A stretch of DNA of 64,000 nucleotides from Squalus acanthias (GCA_030390025.1 CM059447.1:46624001-46688000); one strand, 5' to 3'; shown: positions 13,910-23,848, counted from the first letter of the stretch. Notes: generated by a model not told the origin, from the sequence alone. Numbers and translations: made by a program.

Positions 13910-14235
13910 GTCGGAACACGAGGAGGCGCTGATGGTCTTGAGAAGAGGCGAGCTCAGGGAGCCGTGGCTGACGCTGCAGGAATAGCTGGAGCCCTTGCTC
14001 CAGGCGGCGGCGGGGACTCTCAGGTAACTGCTCAGGCTGTAGGTTTGATCGCTGTCCGGGGACACGGCGCCTGTCGTCACCCCGCTGTCTGTCTCTTGGC
14101 CATCCACGCTCCAGCGGAGCCGCACCAAGCCCGGCTTAAAGTGACTGACCAGGCAGGACAGAGTGGCCGTGCCCGAGCCAATTTCTTCCGAGGAGGGACG
14201 CAGGAGAAGGACCGAGGGGCTCCGATCCTCGCTGC
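13910..14235 (-). pseudogene. Ig light chain cluster 2, constant exon; stop codon displaced by insertions
   Basis: Acceptor CACACAG|GC; open C domain with 10 nucleotide differences from the cluster 1 C exon by manual count; after SCSD it reads on as FPKRRGLHVA* (stop at 13877). Confidence 0.9.
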
Positions 14236-14439
14236 CTGTGTGTGGGGGGAGAGAAAATCTCACTGTGAGTCTCGGTTATTTCTCTGATGGCCCAAACACA
14301 GAATTATTAACGTGCGTTGGAGGAAAGTCAAAAACAAGATTTAAAACTTCATTTTAATCCTAAGGAGAGGCACTAGATGTTACATTTTATTTCAATCCAG
14401 CTCCCTGTAAATAGAAAGACAGATAGAAGCAAAGAATGA

Positions 14440-15870
14440 AGATAGGAAGAAAGATTTGCATTTCTCCAGCGCCTTTCACCACCTCAGGACGTCCCAAAGC
14501 ACTTTACAGCCAATGAAGTACTTTTTGAAGTGTAGTCACTGTTGTAATGTGGGAAACACATCAGCCAATTTGCGCACAGCAAGCTCCCACAACCCGCAAT
14601 GTGATAATGACCCAGATCATCTGTTTTTAGTGATGTTGATTGAGGGATAAATATTGGCCCCAGGACACCGGGGAGAACTCCCCCTCTGCTCTTCTTCCAA
14701 TAGTGGCCGTGGGATCTTTTATGTCCACCTGAGAGAGCAGACGGGCCTCGGTTTAAAGTCAGTGCAGCGTTCCCTCAGTACTGCCCCTCCGACAGTGCGG
14801 CGCCCCCTCAGTACTGCCCCGCCGACAGTGCGGCGCTCCCTCAGTACTGCCCCTCCGACAGTGCGGCGCTCCCTCAGTACTGCCCCGCCGACAGTGCGGC
14901 GCTCCCTCAGTACTGCCCCTCCGACAGTGTGGCGCTCCCTCAGTACTGCCCCTCCAACAGTGCGGCGCTCCCTCAGTACCGCCCCTCCGACAGTGCGGCG
15001 CTCCCTCAGTACCGCCCCTCCGACAGTGCAGCGCTCCCTCAGTACTGCCCCTCCGACAGTGCGGCGCTCCCTCAGTACCGTCCCTCCGACAGTGCGGCGC
15101 TCCCTCAGTACTGTCCCTCCGACAGTGCGGCGCTCCCTCAGTACTGCCCCTCCGACAGTGCAGCGCTCCCTCAGTACTGCCCCTCCGACAGTGCGGCGCT
15201 CCCTCAGTACCGCCCCTCTGACAGTGCGGCGCTCCCTCAGTACTGCCCCTCTGACAGTGCAGCACTCCCTCAGTACTGCCCCTCCGACAGTGCGGCGCTC
15301 CCTCAGTACTGCCTCTCCGACAGTGCGGCGCTCCCTCAGTATGGCTCCTCCGACAGTGCGGCGCTCCCTCAGTACTGCCCCTCTGACAGTGCGGCGCTCC
15401 CTCAGTACTGCCCCTCCGACATTGTGACGCTCCCTCAGCACCGCCCCTCCGATAGTGCGGCGCTCCCTCAGTACCACCCCTCAGACACTGCGGCGCTCCC
15501 TCAGTACCGCGCCTCCGACAGTGCGGCGCTCCCTCAGTACCACCCCTCCGACACTGCGGCGCTCCCTCAGTACCGCGCCTCCGACAGTGCGGCGCTCCCT
15601 CAGTACGGCCCCTCCGACAGTGCGGCGCTCCCTCAGTACTGCCCCTCCAACAGTGCGGCGCTTCCTCAGTACTGCCCCTCCGACAGTGCGGCGCTCCCTC
15701 AGTACCGCCCCTCCGACAGTGCGTCGCTCCCTCAGTACTGCCCCTCCGACAGTGCGGCGCTTCCTCAGTACTGCCCCTCCGACAGTGCGGCGCTCCCTCA
15801 GTACCGCCCCTCCGACAGTGCGGCGCTCCCTCAGTACTGCCCCTCCGACAGTGCGGCTCTCCCTCAGTAT
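14440..15870 (-). mobile_element. DeuSINE with expanded 33-bp array in the cluster 2 J-C intron
   Basis: Same SINE body as at 10130; array about 14760-15870. Confidence 0.85.
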
Positions 15871-15888
15871 AATGAGAGAGTCAGCTAC

Positions 15889-15925
15889 TCTTTATACTCA
15901 GGACGATCCTCGGTCCGAGGATCCA
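15889..15925 (-). pseudogene. Ig light chain cluster 2, J segment (degenerate)
   Basis: WILGPRIVLSIK + 1 nt (37 bp); FGxG is degraded to LGPR; weak donor GTAGCT. Confidence 0.78.
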
Positions 15926-15964
15926 CACAGAGTGGTGTTACAATGGGACGGGTTACCGAAAACC
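15926..15964 (+). other. J recombination signal sequence (23-bp spacer)
   Basis: Heptamer CACAGAG (15926-15932), exactly 23 bp, nonamer CCGAAAACC (15956-15964), abutting J. Confidence 0.8.
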
Positions 15965-16293
15965 CAGGGCGGGGAAGAAAGAGAAGGAAATATGAATAAC
16001 CTGCCCTTTCGCACATTCTCTTTCACATTCCACCTTACACGGGGTCGGATTGCTTACAGCCCGAGAAGCACCTTCTAAATATCTTGTCGGTAAAGCGCGA
16101 GGATCTCAGTGTTGGCACACCCGGGCACCACATTGAGTTCAAGGATTTGTCAAAAAATAAATTGAAATATCACATTGCAATTGCAGCGAGCTGTGCCGGG
16201 AAATGACAGAAGAAAGATTTGGGAAAGGCATGACACATTTGCAAGCGTTAATGTTTCAGTACCTGTTGCTGTCGAGAGCAGCTCTCTTCGTGC

Positions 16294-16322
16294 GGTTTCT
16301 GTATTGCCCCGGTGTTGCCGTG
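16294..16322 (-). other. Degenerate V recombination signal sequence (13-bp spacer)
   Basis: Heptamer CACGGCA (16322-16316), 13-bp spacer, nonamer ACAGAAACC (16302-16294), directly 3' of V. Confidence 0.75.
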
Positions 16323-16596
16323 TATAAAGACCCCTCGCTGAGCTGTCCCAAGTCCGACAGTAACAGACGGCAGATTCACTGGGCACCGAGGCTCCGATGG
16401 TCAGCGTGTAACTGTTAATGGATCATTCTCCGTGTCGTATCTTATCCCCCCACCACGGCGCTTCCCCCCGAGCTGCTGTCCACATCCCCACTGCCCACGT
16501 TCTCGTCCTCCGTCGCACACTGTAACCGGGCGGTCTGACCCGCGGAGACAGGCTCGGCTATTGGGGACTGATTGAGGACAGGAGCCGCCAGGACAC
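16323..16596 (-). pseudogene. Ig light chain cluster 2, V pseudogene (unrearranged)
   Basis: GVLAAPVLNQSPIAEPVSAGQTARLQC..., then a deletion removing WYRQ/CDR2 and an in-frame stop; resumes NSYTLTIGASVPSESAVCYCRTWDSSARGLY; leader remnant near 17695-17720 begins TTGGCTCC where cluster 1 has ATGGCTCC. Confidence 0.88.
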
Positions 16597-16764
16597 CTTC
16601 ATTGAAAGGGGGAAAAAAATCAACCCATTCAGAGACTTGGAGCAAAATGCACACGGATGGATCAACAGGCTGGCCACCAAAGGCTTTTGCTTCTCAATCC
16701 TTCAACCAATAAAAAAGTCGAGCACATTCCGCGAGTAGATCTCACAGCCTCACCTGTTACATGC

Positions 16765-17692
16765 TTCATCAGAAGACAAGAATTTGGAGCAGGAGTCGGC
16801 CATTCGGCCCCTCGAGCCTGCTCCGCCATTCAATAAGATCTTGGCTGATCTTCGACCTCAACTCCACTTTCCCGCCCGATCTCCATATCCCTCGATTCCC
16901 CTCGAGTCCAAAAATCTATCGATCTCAGCCTTGAATAGACTCAACGACTGAGCATCCACAGCCCTCTGGGGCAGAGAATTCCAAAGATTCACCACCCTCT
17001 GAGTGAAGAAATTCCTCCTCATCTCAGTCCTCAATGGCCGACCCCTGATCCTGAGACTGTGACCCCTGGTTCTAGACTCTCCAGCCAGGGGGAAACAGCC
17101 TCTCAGCATCTACCCTGTCAATCCCCCTCAGAATCTTGTATGTTTCAATGAAATCACCTCTCATTCTTCTAAACTCCAGAGAGTATCGGCCCAATCTGCT
17201 CAATCTCTCCTCATAGGACAGCCCTCTCATCCCAGGAATCAATCTCGTGAACCTTCGTTGCACCGCCTCCAAGGCAAGTACATCCTTCCTTAGATAAGGA
17301 GACCAAAACTGTGCACAGTACTCCAGGTGTGGTCTCACCAAGGCCCTGTACAATTGTAGCAAGACTTCCTTACTCTTATACTCCAACCCCCTTGCAATAA
17401 AGGCCAACATGCCATTTGCCTTCCTTATTGCTTGCTGTACCTGCATGCCAACTTTCTGTGTTTCTTGCACGAGGAGACCCAAATCTCTCTGAACACCAAC
17501 ATTTGAAAGTTTCTCACCATTTCAAAAATATTCTGTTTTTCTATTCTTCCTACAACCTCACTTTTCCCTACATTGTACTCCATCTGCCACCTTACTGCCC
17601 ACTCACTTAGTCTGTCTATAGCCCTTTGCAGACTCTTTTGCGTACTCCTCACAGCTTACAGTCCCACACAGCTCACAGTCTCAGCAGATCCG
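16765..17692 (-). mobile_element. CR1 insertion at the cluster 2 leader splice donor
   Basis: CR1 ORF2 C-terminus 17072-17482; flanked by a 14-bp direct repeat CACCTGTTACATGC at 16751-16764 and 17693-17706. Confidence 0.85.
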
Positions 17693-17834
17693 CACCTGTT
17701 ACATGCATCGCCGGAGCCAATTCCCCCGGAGATGTGTGAACGGTAACTTGTGAGGGCTCGACGGGCTATAACCCGGGAATCCAATCGAGTTACAGCCTGC
17801 CAAGGGGAAGACCAGTGATTGGATATTGGGCAGT

Positions 17835-17842
17835 ATGCAAAT
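17835..17842 (-). promoter_or_regulatory. Octamer of the IgL cluster 2 promoter
   Basis: ATGCAAAT on +, same orientation and similar spacing to the leader remnant as in cluster 1; TTATAG at about 17766-17771. Confidence 0.7.
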
Positions 17843-18006
17843 AGGGGGAGGGGTTAAGAGGAGCACTTTTTATTGAATGTATTTGTCCCCGATTAAACAT
17901 TTCCAACTCTATTTCCACTCTATGCGTTGTGTTAATTCACACCAATTTCTGCTTAAAGCGATATTAGGAGTCAGTGGCCTGCAGGAAGAGCCAAGGGCTC
18001 AGGTTT

Positions 18007-18630
18007 ATAGAATCGTAGAGCGATAGAGCACTGGAGGAGGCCATTCGGCCCATCGTGCCTGTGCCGGCTCTTTGAACGAGCTCTCCAATTAGTCCCACTC
18101 TCCCCCTGCTCTTTCCCCACAGCCCTGCAGATTTTTCCTTTTCAAGTATTTATCCTATTCCCTTTTGAAAGTTACTATTGAATCTGCTTCCACCGCCCTT
18201 TCAGGCAGCGCGTTCCAGATCACAACAACTCACTGCGGAACTAAATTCCTCTTCATCTCCCTCTCTGGTTCTTTTGCCAATTATCTTAAATCTGTGTCCT
18301 CTGGTTACCGACCCTCCTGCCACTGGAAATAGTTTCTCCTTATTTACTCTTATCGAAACCCTTTGTGATTTTGAACGCCTCTATTAAATCTCCCCTTAAC
18401 CTTCTCCGCTCTAAGGAGAACAACCCCAGCTTCTCCAGTCTCTCCAGGTAACTGTATTCCCTCCTCCCTGGCTCCATTCTGGTCAATCTCCTCCGCATCC
18501 CTCTCCAAGGACTTGACACACTTCCTAAAGTGCGGTGCCCAGAATTGGGACACAAGACTCCGGCTGGGGCCGAACCAGGGATTTTTAAAGGTTTGGCGTG
18601 ACTTCCTTGCTTCTGTATTCAATGCCCCTG
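18007..18630 (-). mobile_element. CR1 3' fragment
   Basis: LEKLGLFSLERRRLRGDLIEAFKI. Confidence 0.85.
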
Positions 18631-18881
18631 TTTACAATCCGAAATGAGCAATTAGGTTTTTAAAAAAAGATTATTCATCCTCGGGGTGTGGGTGTCACGG
18701 GGCAAGACCGGCATTTATTGTCCCTCCCCGGGGCTACTTCAGAGGGGCAGTTAAGAAGCAGCCACGTTGGTTTGGGACTGGAGTCACATATAGGCCTGTT
18801 TGTGCTGTGCCTTCTATCTAATCCACTCAATGTCCCTTTAAGTAAAGACGGAACAGTTTAAGTTCATGGCAGCATTTCATG

Positions 18882-18887
18882 TTTATT
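18882..18887 (-). terminator. Candidate polyadenylation signal of IgL cluster 1
   Basis: AATAAA on the minus strand about 300 bp after the C-exon stop. Confidence 0.6.
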
Positions 18888-19187
18888 AAGAGCTGTGTTA
18901 CATAAGTTCCCAATCACAATATGATCACAGACTAAAGGGAAATCTGTCCCCATTCTACACACAGTGAAAGTTTACACACAAGATATTGGGGAGAGTTGTA
19001 CAGACAGTTCCATCTCACAATCATTTCGTTCTCTTCTGATATTATTAAACATTCGGATTTTGCCAAAAATTGAAATTGCTACAGTGATTACATTGCAAAA
19101 AAAAAGGCGGATTGCACACATCGAATGATCTGTTTCATTATATTAAACACTAGCAAAAATCAAACTCCACTGCCAACTCGCACCGCC

Positions 19188-19516
19188 TCAGTCTGAACAC
19201 GAGGAGGCGCTGATGGTCTTGAGAAGAGGCGAGCTCAGGGAGCCGTGGCTGACGCTGCAGGAATAGCTGGAGCCCTTGTTCCAGGCGGCGGCGGGGACTC
19301 TCAGGTAACTGCTCAGGCTGTAGGTTTGATCGCTGTCCGGGGACACGGCGCCTGTCGTCACCCCGCTGTCTGTCTCTTGGCCATCCACGCTCCAGCGGAG
19401 CCGCACCAAGCCCGGCTTAAAGCGACTGACCAGGCAGGACAGAGTGGCCGATCCCGAGCCGATTTCTTCCGAGGAGGGAGGGAGGAGAAGAACCGAGGGG
19501 CTTCGATCCTCGCTGC
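19188..19516 (-). CDS. Ig light chain cluster 1, constant exon (type I/NS5/sigma-cart-like)
   Basis: Acceptor CACACAG|GC; GSEDRSPSVLLLPPSSEEIGSGSATLSCLVSRFKPG...YSLSSYLRVPAAAWNKGSSYSCSVSHGSLSSPLLKTISASSCSD*; C1-set domain closely resembling horned shark type I light-chain C; spliced L+VJ+C = 729 nt, 242 aa. Confidence 0.95.
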
Positions 19517-19574
19517 CTGTGTGTGGGGGGAAAAGAAAATCTCACTGTTAGTCTCTTAATGTTCGGCTCCAGCA

Positions 19575-20400
19575 ACTAATATTTATTATGCATTTTTAAC
19601 AGATCTTTAATATTTTCATTATTAATTGATATTATTTATTGTGGATTTTTAACCGATCTTTAATATTTGCATTATTAATTGATATTATTTATTGTAGATT
19701 TTTAATAGATCTTTAATATTTGTATTATTAATTGATATTATTTATTGTGGATTTGTAATAGATCTTTAATATTTGTATTATTTATTGATATTATTTATTG
19801 TGGATTTTTAATAGATCTTTAATATTTGTATTATTTATTGATATTATTTATTGTGGATTTTTAATAGATCTTTACTATTTGTATTATTAATTGATATTAT
19901 TTATTCTCCTCCTTCTTGGACTCGAGAGAATTGAGAAAATGTTATATCTTTAAGATGCTCCGTAATCATTGTTCTTAATTATGCAAATATTGTAAATCTT
20001 TATATACTTCTTTCTAATATTTAGCTAAATGTATTTGTTCTTTTAATTGAATAGTTATATTTATATATTTGTACATTTAAAAATTATTGACATTGATTTA
20101 ATTGGTTATATTTCCCATTGTGATTTATTTGTTATGATTCCATTCAGTTCTTATATTTAATCTTAATATTTATCTTTCAGATACTCTGTGTTTAGATCGA
20201 GCATTTATAGAATGTATTATTGAAATACTATTTATAGTCAGCCTCCAATTTATTTATATATTCAATATTTATGTATATATAATTTAATAGTCTTATCAAT
20301 GAAGTACCAGCTAAAGATGTACTTTAAAAAGTTTTGAAACTTTCGTTAAAAAAAAGTTTTGAAACTTTCATTAAAAAAAACTTTAGAAACTTTTGAGAGC
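19575..20400. repeat. Extremely AT-rich J-C intron segment with about six 53-bp tandem units and an octamer
   Basis: Unit approximately ATTTTTAATAGATCTTTAATATTTGTATTATTAATTGATATTATTTATTGTGG at 19580-19905; ATGCAAAT at 19981-19988. Confidence 0.75.
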
Positions 20401-20559
20401 CCTGTCAATGTCCCAATTCATATCTTGGTTCACTATTAACCCTGTGAAGTGCGGACCAAATGTTCTATTATATACGGCAATCAAGCCCACTATAGACCCA
20501 ATCCCTCCAGCATTAGATGGTGCCGATCCTGCTTAAAGGCACTTTGGAACGTGGGAACG

Positions 20560-20945
20560 CTGTATTCCCTGGAATTTAGAAGGTTAAGGGGTCATCTGAT
20601 CGAAGTTTTCAAGATATTAAGGGGAACAGATAGAGAGAAACTATTTCTGCTGGTTGGGGAGTCTCGGACTAGGGGGCAGAGTCTAAACATTAGAGCCAGA
20701 CCTTTCAGGAGTGAAGTTAGGAAACACTTCTACACACAAAGGGTGGTAGAAGTTTGGAACTCTCTTCCGCAAACGGCAATCGATGCTGAGTCAGTTGTCA
20801 GTTTTAAAACGGAGATTGATTTTGTTAACCAAAGGTATTGAGGGATACAGGGCAAAAATATGGAGTTAGGTCGCAGATCAGCCATGATCTCATTGAATGG
20901 CGGAACAGGCTCGAGGGGCTGAATGGCCTCCTCCTGTTCCTAGGT
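20560..20945 (+). mobile_element. CR1 3' fragment
   Basis: LYSLEFRRLRGHLIEVFKILRG...FYTQRVVEVWNSLP. Confidence 0.85.
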
Positions 20946-21938
20946 GACACAGGAACAGAATTTGTAAAGGAACAGAAGGTGGGAAAAAGAAATCGGATAA
21001 GCTGTCGAAGCACGAGTCATTCAATTTCTTTGTTCTATGAACAAATTGTATTCCAAACACATGAAATACTCTTTGCTCCCGCGCTCCAGAAATCGCAGGG
21101 TCCTCGAGTTGAGGACGTGGAATCAGTCAGAGGACCAGAGAAAGCCGTCGGGGGGGGGGAGTATTGATAAGAATGTGGAATGGGCAGAAAAGCGGCGTCT
21201 GCAGTTTAATGCCAGTAATTGTGAGCTGGTGGAGTCTGGTTGAAAATAAAAAGTAATCGGGGACTCTGCATAAAAACCAGGTGACGGCGAATCGGCAGCC
21301 CATCCCCCCCCCCCCCCCCGACTGACTTCAGTGACAACAAAAATGGTTTAACACTCATCGCCCAAAGTCAAGATCCAGCCCATTGAGGGAAGATTGAGGG
21401 ATGTGGAAGAGGCGATGGATTTGAGAGTTTAGGTTGACAAAACATTAAAAGAGGCACCCCAAGTGGATAAAAAATATCCTGGAATATTGGCTTTCATATC
21501 AAGAGGTAATAGTCGAGGCATAATGGAGAATCTACATACACCCTGAGCAGGACCACAGTTGGGGCAGTGCCAGCAATTGTGGGCTCCGCGCTATAGGAAG
21601 GATGTCGAGGCAATAGAGAGGGCGCAGGGCGGATTCACTGGGATAAGGACATTTAGAAAGTGTGTCAGGACGGAGGAGATTTTGGGATGATTGATAGAGG
21701 CGTTTCAACGTTATGGAAGGATGGGACGGAGCAGAGAGAGAGACAGATTGTTCCCTGTAGTTGAAGGGGGCTCAAGAACAGCGGGGGACGTAGATAGTGG
21801 AAAGTACCAGGGGGATCCTGTGAGTGAAGCCGAGACGACACTTAAGAGATTTAGGGTAGATAGATGGGAGAAGGAAAGGAGAGGGGAATAGGGTGTGGGA
21901 GTAGGACTGTGGATGTGGAGAACAACAACGATTTGTAT

Positions 21939-22549
21939 TGTGGAAGTGTATTTTTTACTTGGACACAAAATGGCTTCCTAGACACAGAATAAGAGATACA
22001 AAATGGCTGACTCTGACTTGCCTGGGAAAAGATAAAGTTGTTTATAACTTCTCATGGTGATGAATTTACACTTTGCAGACTATGCTGTTTTCGCAGCAAC
22101 TGGTACAGAACAAAAAGGCTTCTTCTAATCAACTTGAGATAACCAAGGACTAGTGAAGTAAACATTTAGCCTTTGATTCCAGATGGCCTGGTGGGAGGAG
22201 AACAAGCTTCCTCCGTGAGAAGAGATTAGCTAGCCTTATCTCAAGGTATTCCTGCTCCTTTAACCTTTCTGACCTTTCAGAAAGTCCTCCTTAAACATAC
22301 ACATACTCCTTTTTAACTTGTTTTTGCAGGCGCTATGCTTTTAATCAACTGTGATTTAATACCATGTCATGTGATATGGAAAGCTTGTATTTTCAGTGTA
22401 TAAAGATGTTGCATTTTTCTGTAATTCTTCAGAGTGTCATCGTAGCCTTTGACTACATGCATTCTCCTTGTGAGCAAGTAAATAATAAAGCCTGTCTTTG
22501 ACGATACTTTATGTTTCAAGAGTCTTACTCGGAAGTCGAAACTTCGACA
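21939..22549 (+). mobile_element. Solo LTR (611 bp) in the J-C intron
   Basis: TG...CA ends with 8/9 inverted termini (TGTGGAAGT / ACTTCGACA); 4-bp TSD GTAT at 21935-21938 and 22550-22553; TATAAA at 22399 and AATAAA at 22484; it splits an L2 tail. Confidence 0.8.
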
Positions 22550-22843
22550 GTATTTATACAGTGCCTTTAAAAGAAGTAAAATGTCCCAAGGTGCCCAGGA
22601 GCGATTATCAGACATAATTTGACACCGAGCCACATAAGGAGATATTAGGACAGGCGAACAAAAGCTGTGTCAAAGAGGGAGGTTTTGAAAGAGGAGAGAG
22701 GCGGAGAGGTTTAGGGAGGGAGTTCATAAACACCAACAGGGATAGAACGGCCAGTTTCTAAGCTGTAATATATATTATCAACATTATCCGCCAGAGTAGA
22801 GCGAACACAGGACGAAAACCGCATTGATATGGATAACGCGGCC

Positions 22844-22999
22844 AATCTCTTAACTCAATGCTCACTTACCCTGTACACTCAGAATCTCTTAACTCAATGC
22901 TCACTTACCCTGTACACTCAGAATCTCTTAACTCAATGCTCACTTACCCTGTACACTCAGAATCTCTTAACTCAATGCTCACTTACCCTGTACACTCAG
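22844..22999. repeat. 4 x 39-bp perfect tandem repeat spanning the J 3' end and splice donor
   Basis: AATCTCTTAACTCAATGCTCACTTACCCTGTACACTCAG at 22844, 22883, 22922 and 22961. Confidence 0.95.
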
Positions 23000-23337
23000 A
23001 GTCGTCCCCGCTCCGATAATCTTGAAGCTCCAGATCGCGCAGTAATAGACGGCGGAGTCGGCGAGCTCCATGTCCCCCACCGTTAAAACGTAGCTGTTCT
23101 CCGAAGCGTCCCTGGACGGTGCAAAGCGGTCGTTGAAGCCGCTCCCTCGCGTGATGCTGCCGTCGATGTTGTGGTAGAGCACAAACGCCGGCGCTTCGCC
23201 CAGCGCCTGGCGGTACCAGCGCACGTCGAGGTTGCCCACGGTGCCGTTCACCACCAGGCACTTTAACCGGGCGGGGCCACCCGGCGGCACGGGTTGGAAA
23301 GCCGGGGACTGGATCAGGACTGGGTCCCCCAGCGCAC
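22987..23337 (-). CDS. Ig light chain cluster 1, germline-joined VJ exon (type I/NS5/sigma-cart-like)
   Basis: Acceptor TTGAAG|GT; open frame GALGDPVLIQSP...LKC...WYRQ...DSAVYYCAIWSFKIIGAGTTLSVQ; both Ig cysteines and the Trp are present; no RSS or spacer between V and J; donor G|GTAAGT; 351 nt, phase 1-1. Confidence 0.95.
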
Positions 23338-23652
23338 CTTCAACAGCAAACAGAATAAAGACATCATTTGAGGCCCTTCGTGAATTGACTTGAACCTTCT
23401 AAGCCGCGTAAAAGATCTCGGAAACACCAGCGGAGGTGGGGTTTTTTTGCGGGGGGGGAAAGGCTGCTCACTTACGCTTACAGTTCCACCCCCCCTCCCG
23501 ATCTCCCGCGCTGGTTACAGCCAAAGTGCGCTGGATTCTGGGCGCAGAAACCAGCTGGAAACTCTACCCCCGATTCGATAGAACTTGACTCGATCCAGCG
23601 CCTAATCTAACGAGACTTGGTGCGCGTCAGCGGCAGTGAGGAAGCCTCTCAC

Positions 23653-23701
23653 CCGTTAACTGGATCAACAGAGCCCACAGGAGATGCGTCGATGGAGCCA
23701 T
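23653..23701 (-). CDS. Ig light chain cluster 1, leader exon (MAPSTHLLWALLIQLT-G)
   Basis: ATG at 23701; 16 codons + 1 nt of a hydrophobic signal peptide; phase-1 donor G|GTGAGA; lies downstream of an octamer and a TATA-like box. Confidence 0.88.
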
Positions 23702-23823
23702 TTCCGCCGATAAACCCCAACACCAGTTGCGCCAATGGCCGGAAAGAACGAGGCAGAGAAGACGGCGTAACTACCGGACCTGGTGCGGTGCGGTGTGGCT
23801 GATTGAGCGGAGCCATCGCTCCC

Positions 23824-23848
23824 TATTTATCAGCCCCGAGATGCAAAT
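23824..23848 (-). promoter_or_regulatory. Ig promoter of cluster 1: octamer ATTTGCAT plus TATA-like GATAAATA
   Basis: ATGCAAAT on + at 23841-23848 (ATTTGCAT on the sense strand, the light-chain orientation), about 140 bp upstream of the leader ATG; AT-rich box at about 23824-23831. Confidence 0.8.

Noticed and set aside
14454-14461. Octamer ATTTGCAT in the cluster 2 J-C intron
   Set aside because: Part of the DeuSINE tail (a variant of ACTTGCATTT), so likely incidental
23814-23816. Upstream ATG as the Ig start codon
   Set aside because: Out of frame with the leader and only about 10 bp from the TATA-like box, so probably upstream of the transcription start
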